A DNA stretch of 64,000 bases from an uncultured bacterium (GTDB lineage Bacteria; Acidobacteriota; HRBIN11; JAKEFK01), in the NCBI GenBank assembly GCA_963777505.1, contig CAVZQN010000007.1:64001-128000 (forward strand), given 5' to 3'. The number at the start of each line of letters is the position of its first letter. Position 1 is the stretch's first letter. Of the stretch, positions 29,549 to 38,636 are shown piece by piece. Below the pieces are notes generated by a model. The model was not told the origin of the DNA. It made no database searches and saw nothing but the letters and a program-made list of their open reading frames with translations. A program made the translations under genes and the position numbers.

Positions 29549-29576
29549 GTAACGCACGGGTCTTGTGTAAATCGCC
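29549..29576 (-). promoter_or_regulatory. Putative ECF-type promoter GGCGAT-N16-CGTTAC
   Basis: Same motif as 20681 and 2706; sits between the translocator-like gene and the divergent ECF sigma gene. Confidence 0.5.
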
Positions 29577-29610
29577 CAGAAAAACTTCTTTTCTACCTGG
29601 CAACTAACTG

Positions 29611-29634
29611 GGCGGCCACAAGGGCCGCCCCTAC
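29611..29634 (-). repeat. GTAG-type REP-like palindrome
   Basis: Identical to 1590-1613. Confidence 0.75.
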
Positions 29635-29671
29635 TAGTTCTGCCATGCGCTATAATTTGGATAACGAGAAG

Positions 29672-30256
29672 ATGAAGGAAGAGCAAGATCCGAAAAGCCG
29701 CGAAGATGTTACCAAACTCCTGATCGATTGGGGGAAAGGAGATCGTTCTGCGCTTGATGAAATGCTGCCGCTTGTCTACAGCGAGCTAAAGCGTCTTGCG
29801 TCTTACTATCTCAGTCAGGAGCGCAACGACCACACGTTGCAGACTACCGCATTAGTTCACGAAGCATATATGCGGTTAGTGGATCAACAAAACGTGAATT
29901 GGAAAAATAGGGCGCACTTTCTTGGGGTAGCTGCAGAAATGATGCGCAGGATTCTGGTAAATCATGCACGCGATCGCGCTGCTGCAAAGCGCGGCGGCGG
30001 AGCAAAACGCGTTTCATTAAGCGGCATTGGCGAAGGCGGCGACCAACCCGATATTGATCTGATTGCGCTCGATCAAGCACTCACAGAACTTGCCGTTTTC
30101 GATGCCCGGAAAAGCCGCATCGTGGAACTAAAGTTTTTTGGAGGATTGACCACAGAAGAAACGGCCGAAGTGATGGACATTTCGCACGGTACAGTGGAAA
30201 CCGAATGGAAGATGGCACGCGCCTGGCTCTATCGTGCAATTTCTGGAAATAAATAG
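29672..30256 (+). CDS. ECF sigma factor, kinase-associated ECF43-like (TIGR02999-type)
   Basis: VTKLLIDW..GD, HTLQTTALVHEAYMRL, MRRILVNHAR..AAKRGG, IVELKFFGGLT, WKMARAWL. Confidence 0.9.
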   Translation: MKEEQDPKSREDVTKLLIDWGKGDRSALDEMLPLVYSELKRLASYYLSQERNDHTLQTTALVHEAYMRLVDQQNVNWKNRAHFLGVAAEMMRRILVNHARDRAAAKRGGGAKRVSLSGIGEGGDQPDIDLIALDQALTELAVFDARKSRIVELKFFGGLTTEETAEVMDISHGTVETEWKMARAWLYRAISGNK

Positions 30257-30260
30257 CGTC

Positions 30261-31413
30261 TCAGTTTCTTGCCTTCTGAAAAATTTCCTTTAACCTCTTG
30301 ATCGGAATCGCTTCACTCGTATTCCCTTTAAAGCCACGTACAGTTTTTGCTGCAACCAGGGAGTTATAAACGGCCTCTTCCACAGCTTCCACGGTTGCGA
30401 GAAAAAGTGGATCCATATCATCGTTTCGTAGTTCTGTTGTTTGCAAGTTCTACTGGAGAGCTGCCAGCAGTAATCAGATTTTGAGTTGAAAAGGCTATAA
30501 TAAAATCGCCTGAACCATTACTCATGTAGCTTCCGGTTCGTGCAAGCCCCATAATTGCTCGCTTCGCAATCCGCTCAAGATTGCGTGAAGAAACAGGCGC
30601 ATCAGTTGCAATAACAATCATGCATGAGCCATCGCGATTATTTTCTTTGACCTGTTTGCCTACTTCATTTCCGAAATCAAATACTCCAAGAAGTTCACCA
30701 ACACGGATTCCATCGATCATTAAAACTCCGCCAAAATTGGATTGCACCAAAACACCCAGAGTATGTCCACCCAGTGATTCGGGTAAACGTCTTGAAGCTG
30801 TACCAATTCCGCCTTTCCATCCAAAAGCAGAAGTGCCTGTACCTGCACCGACGGCTCCTTCTTCTACACGGCCTGTAGTTGCGGTGTCGATCGCGGCGAA
30901 AATATCTTCTTGAGTAACATGCATTCCACGAATGTCATTCAGGTACGAATCATTCGTTTCGCCAACAACAGCATTTACAGAACGGATGTTTTCGTGGCCG
31001 GGCTGGTTTAAAGTCCATTGCACAACTGATTCCACTGCTCTTCCAACGTTGAGTGTATTTGTAAGAACAATCGGAGTTTCAATATTTCCAAGCTCCTGGA
31101 CTTGCAAAAACCCAGCAGCCTTACCAAAACCATTTCCCGTGTAAACAGCAGCCGGAGTCTTTTGATTGAACAGATCTCCATCATGCGGCAGAATAGCGGT
31201 CACTCCAGTGCGAATGGATTCCCCTTTCCAGATGGTTCGATGTCCAACACGAACACCACTCACATCCGTGATCGCGTTTAAAGGACCTGGCGAAAAGATT
31301 CCAGGCCGTATTCCAAGGTCGCGTATCCTGACTTGCTGCTCAGCATCCGATAAGCTGCTAAACGCGAATAGGTATGCAATAATGCCTAAAATGAACTTAA
31401 GCTTCATCATCAA
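30261..31413 (-). CDS. P1/S58 family peptidase (DmpA-like), frameshifted near 30445
   Basis: GPLNAITDV, NGFGK, VVGETND, GAVGAGTG, DGSCM, SNGSGD; C-terminus LFLATVEAVEEAVYNSL in ORF 30261-30446. Confidence 0.88.
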
Positions 31414-31453
31414 TCTCCGATTGTTACTATGAATATAGTATTACGATACTAGC

Positions 31454-32519
31454 ATGCCACCAATGGATCATAAAATTCGTCCTTTTGTTAGTATAGCAAT
31501 ACTCCTGTTTGCGCTGGCTGCAGGCTGTAAATCAAAGAGTACCGAAACTTCACCCAAACGCGTCCTGAATCTTTATATATGGTCCGCCTATCTGTCGCCG
31601 CCAATTCTCGAAAAATTTGAAAAGGCGACTGGTATCGAAACCAGATATGACACATACGACTCAAATGAAGCTTTAATGGAAAAACTCCAGGGCGGAGTCT
31701 CAGAATATGATGTGGTTGTTCCTACCAACGATATTGTAGACACCCTTGTCCATATCAATTTACTTCACAAACTCGACTTCAACCTTTTGCCCAATCGAAA
31801 AAATCTGAGTGAACGATTCAAAAATCCAGCTTTCGATCCAAACAACCAACACTCTCTTCCCTTCGTGTGGGGCACAACTGGCATTGCGTACGATAAAACA
31901 AAGGTCACAGATCCGGTTGATTCCTGGTCGATTCTTTGGAATACAAAATATAAAGGCCGAATTTTAATGCTTGATGATCCTTGGGAATCACTGGGAGTTG
32001 CACTTAAATGGAAGGGGTATCCTTTGAACGATAACAATCCAAAGCACCTGGAAGAAGCCAGGGATCTTCTGATTCAACAAAAACCTCTTGTTAAAGTTTA
32101 CAATTCTTCCAATTTTGATGAAGTCCTGCTGAGCGGTGATGTATGGTTAGCACATGGATGGAGTGGACAATTCGCGAAAGCCATCGATCAAAATCCAAAC
32201 CTCGCCTACGTAATACCAAAAGAAGGGTCGGCGGTATGGACAGATTGCCTGACCATTCCAAAATCGGCTCCTCATGTTGAAGAAGCTCACGCTTTCCTCA
32301 ACTTTCTTTTGGACCCGCGAATTGCTGCAGAGATCACAGAAATAACCGGATATGCCACAACAAACGAAACCGCAAAATCTTTCCTGAAGCCTGAACTCCT
32401 TCAAAGTAACGTTCGATATCCCGATGACGTCGACACTTGCCCGATGCGAATGGTTCCTGGCTCGCGGTGAAACAGCCCAGATTATGGATCGTCACTGGGC
32501 TGAAATTAAAGCACGCTAA
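31454..32519 (+). CDS. potD: Spermidine/putrescine ABC transporter substrate-binding lipoprotein, frameshifted near 32430
   Basis: Lipobox LAAGC; YDSNE, WGTTGIAY, PKEGSAVWTD; natural C-terminus TLARCEWF..DRHWAEIKAR* in another frame ending 32519. Confidence 0.82.
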
Positions 32520-32614
32520 TCCATCTGGGCAATTTATCTTATTCAGCTCTACCATATATATAGGAACTCAACCGCCAAGACGCAAAGCTCTCTTGGCGTC
32601 TTTGTGGTTTGAGT

Positions 32615-32911
32615 CTACTGTGATGCTTTATGGATGTCGCCGCCGGTAGAAGTTGCCGAAACGACTTCTTCCCTTTCAAGAATCGTGCGTACAAGTTTAC
32701 CGCTGCCTCGCACAAAAATCGCTCCAAGTCCCGGCATTAGTTTCACTTTGGTTGGCGTTTCGTTGATTGTTTTAGCAGCGATTTGAATGATGTCGTCTTC
32801 CAATTGAGCAATTGCTGTTGAAGGCTGAACAAGGATTACAGCTTCAACTTCACCATCATCACCGGCATCCTCCAGTTCACGTTTCAGTTGCGGATCGATA
32901 TCTGTGATCAT
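32615..32911 (-). CDS. Small protein resembling a subtilase I9 propeptide/inhibitor
   Basis: 98 aa, IDPQLKREL..VEAVILV..LMPGLGAIFVRG..LEREEVVSA beta-alpha pattern; 23 nt downstream of the S8 gene. Confidence 0.5.
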   Translation of the reverse strand: MITDIDPQLKRELEDAGDDGEVEAVILVQPSTAIAQLEDDIIQIAAKTINETPTKVKLMPGLGAIFVRGSGKLVRTILEREEVVSATSTGGDIHKASQ

Positions 32912-32934
32912 AATTATCCCTTAGATAAGATTTT

Positions 32935-34212
32935 CTAACTGCGCTTTCTGGGTTTTGGGGTTTTCTTAATAGTACCAGTTCTTAACTTGATACCAGACAA
33001 TCGTTCAAAGGCAGCAGCCGAGTCCACGAGTCCGTATCCATAGCGATTCGGAGGATCTTCGGAAGAAAGCGGCTGACAAGTTTCGAAAATAGCCTGTTCC
33101 AGTTCTAATACGTTAGTGCCAGGCTTCGCTTCCAGCAAAAGAGCAGCAACACCAGCAACATGCGGAGTTGCCATTGATGTTCCATCCATGGCCTGAATTT
33201 TGTTGCCTGGCCGCGCGGAGATCACATTGACACCCGGTGCTATGACATTCGGTTGATTCGGATCTTCTTCTCTCTGAAAGATCTGACTGCTGGAGAAATC
33301 GGCAACACGATCGGCTTCGTCCATTGCGCCTACGGAAATCGGTTCCGGATAATTTCCTGGCGATCTGCTTGTAGCGATTCCTTCGTTTCCTATTGCGAAC
33401 ACACTAAGAATGCCGCGATCACGAATCCTGCGCACAACCTCCTGGAAAAATGGTGTATATCCACTGAAGCCTAATGACATACTGATCACTTGAACTCCAG
33501 CCGTAATCATCCATTCCAAACCAGCGAGAACACGAAGCGTCGCCTTCCCGCCTTCGATCACCAGAGCGCTATAAAGATCGACCTTCGGCGCAACACCGAT
33601 CTTCAAACCCTGGAATGAACCACCACAAATCGTGCCGGCCGTATGTGTTCCATGATCGTCCGTATCATGCGGACTGCTTTTGGGAACGGGCTCTCCATCG
33701 AAATCAAACTCCTCCCATCCTGCAATACGATTCTTTAAAGCGGGATGCTTCCCATCGATGCCAGTATCAAGATGACCAACTTTGATTCCAGTTCCTGTGA
33801 GTCCTTGTGCCCACAATTTTTCAACATTCAATTTTGAAATGCCCCAAGTTGCCTTTTCAATTACGGCTTTCGCCGGATACTTACGAACGGGACGGATTAA
33901 AAATACCTGTTCCAGTGGAATGACTTCTTGAACTGCAGGTTTTTTCGCCAATGCATTTAAACCAGATTGATCCGTATAACCAACAACAATTCCGAGATTG
34001 GGAAATTCCTTGGTTGCAGATGGTGAAGGCAACATTGTGCCTCGCCTGGTGCGAATTTCGGTTGCAGGTTCTGGCGATGAACGCAGAAGTTCATTTTTCA
34101 CATCATTGATTTGTGAGCGTACGATACGAGTTGACAAACCAGCTGGCTGTCTTAAAACGACAATGACGTTTGCATAGCCAAACTGATGGAAGCATCTCTC
34201 AATCTCATTCAT
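32935..34212 (-). CDS. S8 subtilisin-like serine protease
   Basis: HLDTG, HGTHTAG, GTSMATPHVAG catalytic triad; no clear signal peptide. Confidence 0.93.
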   Translation of the reverse strand: MNEIERCFHQFGYANVIVVLRQPAGLSTRIVRSQINDVKNELLRSSPEPATEIRTRRGTMLPSPSATKEFPNLGIVVGYTDQSGLNALAKKPAVQEVIPLEQVFLIRPVRKYPAKAVIEKATWGISKLNVEKLWAQGLTGTGIKVGHLDTGIDGKHPALKNRIAGWEEFDFDGEPVPKSSPHDTDDHGTHTAGTICGGSFQGLKIGVAPKVDLYSALVIEGGKATLRVLAGLEWMITAGVQVISMSLGFSGYTPFFQEVVRRIRDRGILSVFAIGNEGIATSRSPGNYPEPISVGAMDEADRVADFSSSQIFQREEDPNQPNVIAPGVNVISARPGNKIQAMDGTSMATPHVAGVAALLLEAKPGTNVLELEQAIFETCQPLSSEDPPNRYGYGLVDSAAAFERLSGIKLRTGTIKKTPKPRKRS

Positions 34213-34324
34213 CTGAGTGTCCTTAATTAAACCACGGAGTCACGGAGAACACGGAGTTAAATATTAAAGCTATCTCTTTAATGTTAGCAGATATGAAATT
34301 AGAACAAGAGGCATCAAATTGGAT

Positions 34325-35551
34325 TTATAGACAATGCTTTGCGTCCACTTTGCTGTTCGGATCGATCCAATTGACGATTTGACTCGCTACGACACAGTTC
34401 CCGAGTGCCGTAAAATGTCCGTCTTTCGGGAAAAACAACATACGCCCAGAGTTCGCATCGCGGAAGGCTTTCAATCCAGGCGTAAGATCCAAAACAGGAA
34501 TCTCGTTATTTTTTCCAAACTCAATCAGCCTTTTCGCAGGCTTTTCGAGATCGTACTTTGATGGATCAAGTAGTCCTTTCGTTTTTGCTTGTTCGGTAGG
34601 CTCGATCAGCGGTGAAAATGGAGCAACAACAATCATAAATTTTGCATTGCGCGATTCACTTACGGCTTTCATTTCGCGCAGCAAAACTTCAGTGATCTGC
34701 CATGCGGTTTGCCATTGAGAAGCATCATTGCCTGCGTCAAAAACTCCCCAGGTTAAACGTGGTTGTTCTGTTGTAATGGGTTTAGGGGATTCATGAAAAG
34801 CGGCACTAACCTTCCCTTGAATAAATTGCCGTGTGAAATCGACCGCACGATAAACGACTGAATGCAGTCGCAACCAGGCATTGATATTTTTCGGGAACGA
34901 CAATCTTTTCGGCTCATCGAACGGATCACGATAACCTGACCAGGGCACTTTCTGCAGTTCGTTTAAGCTGTTCAGATCAGTCGTTGAATCTGTTGGCAAA
35001 AAGTGAGGTGCATCCCAGGGCGTTTTGATAATTCCTGAGCGATAGTTATCGGAAACATCATTCCCTGTGAAAAACATGAGCAGCACAATATCGGGTTGCT
35101 TTTTCAGTGGGTAGTTGAGCAGGTTCAAGTATGTTTGATCAATACCCCAGTTGCGCATTCCAAGATTCAAAATATTCCAGTCAGAGCGGAAGCGATGCAT
35201 TTGTTCGGTCCAACGATAATTCAATTCGACTTCCCATGCTGTTACAAATGAATCGCCGACAGCGAGGATCCGTGTTCCAGTTGCTGCTTCCGGAAAATCT
35301 ATGCGCGGATCACGAAATCCCATCGCATTGAATTGGAGCCTTACATCGAATTCGCCAGGTTCGGCGAAGCGCGAATGCGACAACGGCAGCGGCAAACGGC
35401 CAACTTCCTGCGTCAGCTTGATGTAAGACTGAGAAGAACGAACTGGCAAAAGCTTCAACATCCGTCCAGCAATCTCAGCCACAAAGATTGAGAACACAAG
35501 ACTCATCAAGAATGCAAGTAGCTTAATACGCCGCGTTTTCGTCAGTGCCAC
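34325..35551 (-). CDS. SGNH/GDSL hydrolase (AlgX/AlgJ-like), membrane-anchored
   Basis: GDSF, GNDVSDN, DGHF motifs; N-terminal TM helix. Confidence 0.85.
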   Translation of the reverse strand: MALTKTRRIKLLAFLMSLVFSIFVAEIAGRMLKLLPVRSSQSYIKLTQEVGRLPLPLSHSRFAEPGEFDVRLQFNAMGFRDPRIDFPEAATGTRILAVGDSFVTAWEVELNYRWTEQMHRFRSDWNILNLGMRNWGIDQTYLNLLNYPLKKQPDIVLLMFFTGNDVSDNYRSGIIKTPWDAPHFLPTDSTTDLNSLNELQKVPWSGYRDPFDEPKRLSFPKNINAWLRLHSVVYRAVDFTRQFIQGKVSAAFHESPKPITTEQPRLTWGVFDAGNDASQWQTAWQITEVLLREMKAVSESRNAKFMIVVAPFSPLIEPTEQAKTKGLLDPSKYDLEKPAKRLIEFGKNNEIPVLDLTPGLKAFRDANSGRMLFFPKDGHFTALGNCVVASQIVNWIDPNSKVDAKHCL

Positions 35552-35560
35552 AATCGATTC

Positions 35561-36670
35561 CTATCGTCCTTTCGCCGGAAGTTTCCTGCGCCACCGTTTC
35601 TGTAAGCGGACAGCAACAATCGGTGAGCGATAAATTGTGATAGCTCCTGTTTCTCGAATCTCCGATTGAAAGTCCTCTTTGTATTTCTCTAAACCAAACA
35701 ACATATCCAGCTCTTTTAAGCCGAGCTGCAAGGATGAATGGATGATGTTGCCCAGCAATAATCGACCCGGGCTGGCTTTGCGGTAATTCTGGTCGTAACA
35801 TGCAAGCCAATAATATAAACGGCCAGCCCAATGAAAACCGATGTGACCTGCAATCAATTCACCATTCAAGATCATTGCATCAAATCTTAAAGCGCCATAC
35901 GAAGCCATTTCATCTACGATGTAATTGTAAAAGTCACGATGAATCTGGTGGCGCAAAAAGCTTCCCTTTGAAGCGAGCCTGCTCCATTCTCTAACATGCA
36001 GCTCAAAGAATTGCGGCAAAATATTCTTGATCTCTACCGGATCAGTAATGGTTTGAAACTTCAAATCACCTTGAGTATTCAACCAATTCGTTTTGCGGCG
36101 GTGGTGTACACCTTGCAGCACATCATGCGACTTTTGAAAAGCGTTGCCATTGCAAATTGGATGCTCATGACGCGCCTCTTGATAGATCAACCATGAGCCA
36201 AGCTTCAGCCAGTATTGAAGCTTCTGAAGTTTTGTGAGACTTCCATTGTATGGACGTTCGAAGAACTGCAGTAAAGTTGACTGCCCTGGTATCCGGCGAA
36301 GAGTCAAAATCTCCCAACTCGTCTGAGTCTTAAACCAATCAAATACGCACTTCAAGCTTTCGTGATCGCCTGCCGTCAAGATGAAGTTATTGTAGTCGCC
36401 GCGTGGTCTTCCAATGAGTTCCCAATTTTTGGGCGTATGTTTTGATGCTTGAAATGGTGCAATGAGACGCGGAGCCCCTGTCGCATCTTCCAGAACTACA
36501 ATATTCATATTCCGGCTATCTCCATAGGCGCGCCACCATGCACGCGCAAAGCCGGAAGTAGCAAAGAGATCAGGAAAATCACTTTTGCTGAGCAAATGAT
36601 CCCATGCCGAAGATATCTCTACTAACTCATCGTAGTTTTGGATAAGCCGACAGTTTAAAATTGAACTCAT
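35561..36670 (-). CDS. GNAT family acetyltransferase (CelD/BcsL-like)
   Basis: AWDHLL..FARAWW, SPGRLLL, ELDMLFGLEKYK. Confidence 0.85.
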   Translation of the reverse strand: MSSILNCRLIQNYDELVEISSAWDHLLSKSDFPDLFATSGFARAWWRAYGDSRNMNIVVLEDATGAPRLIAPFQASKHTPKNWELIGRPRGDYNNFILTAGDHESLKCVFDWFKTQTSWEILTLRRIPGQSTLLQFFERPYNGSLTKLQKLQYWLKLGSWLIYQEARHEHPICNGNAFQKSHDVLQGVHHRRKTNWLNTQGDLKFQTITDPVEIKNILPQFFELHVREWSRLASKGSFLRHQIHRDFYNYIVDEMASYGALRFDAMILNGELIAGHIGFHWAGRLYYWLACYDQNYRKASPGRLLLGNIIHSSLQLGLKELDMLFGLEKYKEDFQSEIRETGAITIYRSPIVAVRLQKRWRRKLPAKGR

Positions 36671-37758
36671 ACGACGGCTTTCTGTTTCCCACGAGAAGAT
36701 TTCAATTTTGTTGCCAGAGCATGGATTGGGGAACGATGAATCGACAGGATCACATTTTCGCGAAAGTCAGATGTATATTCATTTTTGTGTTGTTGAAGGC
36801 CGCGGCCAAGATCGAATTCAGATATCCCCTCCTCGATTGAACTTTTGATCTGATGGTATCGCAGCATCCGCCCAGGACCGACTCGCGCATACGCAAGATC
36901 AAAACAAGTTATCCATGCATCGATACGATTATTCCACTTGGATACGATTGAAAAGGCGATCGGCTTTTGATTAACGGTAAGCATATCAAGCCGCAGTGTC
37001 CGATATGACTCAATCTCATCAAAAAGGTAAAAATAAAAATTACGCGTTTCCGGTTGGGCAAGCTGACTGACTCTACCGCGTGATTGCCATTCTTCAACAT
37101 GAATTTTACAGAAGCATTCAAAATGGCGTTTCATTTCAATCTTGTCCATAGTCGTTTCGTATGATGTTGTCCCTTCGCGTTTCAAGATATTCAGGCCATA
37201 CCTGTAACTTTTTTTCCTCAGCAGGTCGTCCATTGTGTTCAATGTTCCCTGGCTTATGTATGGGTGATCACGCCTCGAATCCTGCTCCACGAATAGCGAT
37301 CGCGGACGAAGCCAACGATTAAATTTTTGAGCCTTACTCAGTGACGACGAATAATGTAGATTGAAAAAGCGCGAAATTGTCGCTTCCCCTGTTGTTCGAA
37401 GTACTAATTTATTCCAACCCGATTGATGTTTCAGCCAGGTAAACAGAGAACGTAATCCTTCACGATCCTCTGCTTGCATAATGAAAGGGTTGTAGTTGAT
37501 CAGGTTGGTGCCTGCTAATTCCCATCGTTCCGGATTTTTTTTCTCTGCCTGAAACGGAGCGATCACACGCAGCATTCCTGTGTTATCTTCAATGACAGCA
37601 ACATGCATGTCGCGTGTATTTTCATACGCACGCCACCAGGCTCGAGTGAAACCAGAAGTCGAGAAAAAAGCTGTATATTCGCTTTTAGCGACCAAAGCAT
37701 CCCAGGCTGGTGAGATTTCCTTTAGTTCGTCATAACTTCGGATGAATCTCCCTTTCAT
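36667..37758 (-). CDS. GNAT family acetyltransferase (CelD/BcsL-like), tandem paralog
   Basis: AWDALV..FTRAWW, GPGRML, EFDLGRG; 4-nt overlap with the downstream GNAT. Confidence 0.85.
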   Translation of the reverse strand: MKGRFIRSYDELKEISPAWDALVAKSEYTAFFSTSGFTRAWWRAYENTRDMHVAVIEDNTGMLRVIAPFQAEKKNPERWELAGTNLINYNPFIMQAEDREGLRSLFTWLKHQSGWNKLVLRTTGEATISRFFNLHYSSSLSKAQKFNRWLRPRSLFVEQDSRRDHPYISQGTLNTMDDLLRKKSYRYGLNILKREGTTSYETTMDKIEMKRHFECFCKIHVEEWQSRGRVSQLAQPETRNFYFYLFDEIESYRTLRLDMLTVNQKPIAFSIVSKWNNRIDAWITCFDLAYARVGPGRMLRYHQIKSSIEEGISEFDLGRGLQQHKNEYTSDFRENVILSIHRSPIHALATKLKSSRGKQKAVV

Positions 37759-37962
37759 TGACGAACTTGCGGCTTTTTGTGAGCCACCAGGACCTGGCAA
37801 TTTACTTCCCCCCGATTGCTTTTATTATATGCCAACCCAGTTTTTGACAAAAATCTGCGTCCGGTGGTTATGGTCTACATATATAGACTATTAGCCCCAA
37901 AACCGAGCATTAGCCAGCTCATGCAGGATAGTTTGTTATACTGAGACGAGCCGGGGGTAAAT

Positions 37963-38631
37963 ATGAGCAAAATCAGAAATACCGGCGCCGGAATTCCAAC
38001 TCCACCCGGCGGTCCGGATTCAACATCGCCTATCCAAAATTCAAGCGCAGCAAATGAAACAACTCACACCAATTCAGAATCTCCTTCAGCCTCTCAAAAG
38101 CCGGTACCTGGTGACAAGCATGCTGCCGGCGATCTCAAAACAAAAGGTGATCGCTTAAAGTCAAAATTGGATTCAGAACTTCAAAACAAAAACAAAGGGG
38201 TGGATGATAAAGAGCTTGCGTCCCAGGCGGCAAAAGGACAGCAACGATTTGCACCTCCGTATGTGCCTGTCGGACCTGTTGTCATGGGCGATAACATTGG
38301 TGTTCCAGGGCAGACCCAAAAGCCAGCTGAGACTGGACAAACTCCGGAGCAAAAAGCACTAGCTGAAAAGGCGGCAAAAGATCAGGTACGATTCGCGCCT
38401 CCATATGTACCGGTTGGACCTGTCGTGATGGGTGACAACATCAGCACTCCCGGTCACATCAATGCAACTGAGACGAGGCAAATGAACCTGAAAGCGGATC
38501 AGTTCCAGATTAATGATCAAGGCAATCTGGTAATCTCAAACGAAAAACTCGTGGAATATTTTAAGTCCTTGAAAGAAAAAGGTCAGGAAATCTTGCTGGG
38601 AATCACTCCAAAGAAACCAGAGGATAAATAA
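37963..38631 (+). CDS. Candidate RiPP-like precursor / modified substrate with two identical 18-aa cores
   Basis: RFAPPYVPVGPVVMGDNI at 38245-38298 and 38389-38442; 5 nt upstream of a RiPP-type radical SAM gene. Confidence 0.7.
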   Translation: MSKIRNTGAGIPTPPGGPDSTSPIQNSSAANETTHTNSESPSASQKPVPGDKHAAGDLKTKGDRLKSKLDSELQNKNKGVDDKELASQAAKGQQRFAPPYVPVGPVVMGDNIGVPGQTQKPAETGQTPEQKALAEKAAKDQVRFAPPYVPVGPVVMGDNISTPGHINATETRQMNLKADQFQINDQGNLVISNEKLVEYFKSLKEKGQEILLGITPKKPEDK

Positions 38632-38636
38632 TAAAA

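Noticed and set aside
29453-29671. 73-aa N-terminal extension of the ECF sigma ORF
   Set aside because: It overlaps the opposite-strand gene start and reads through a REP palindrome; homology begins at about 29672.
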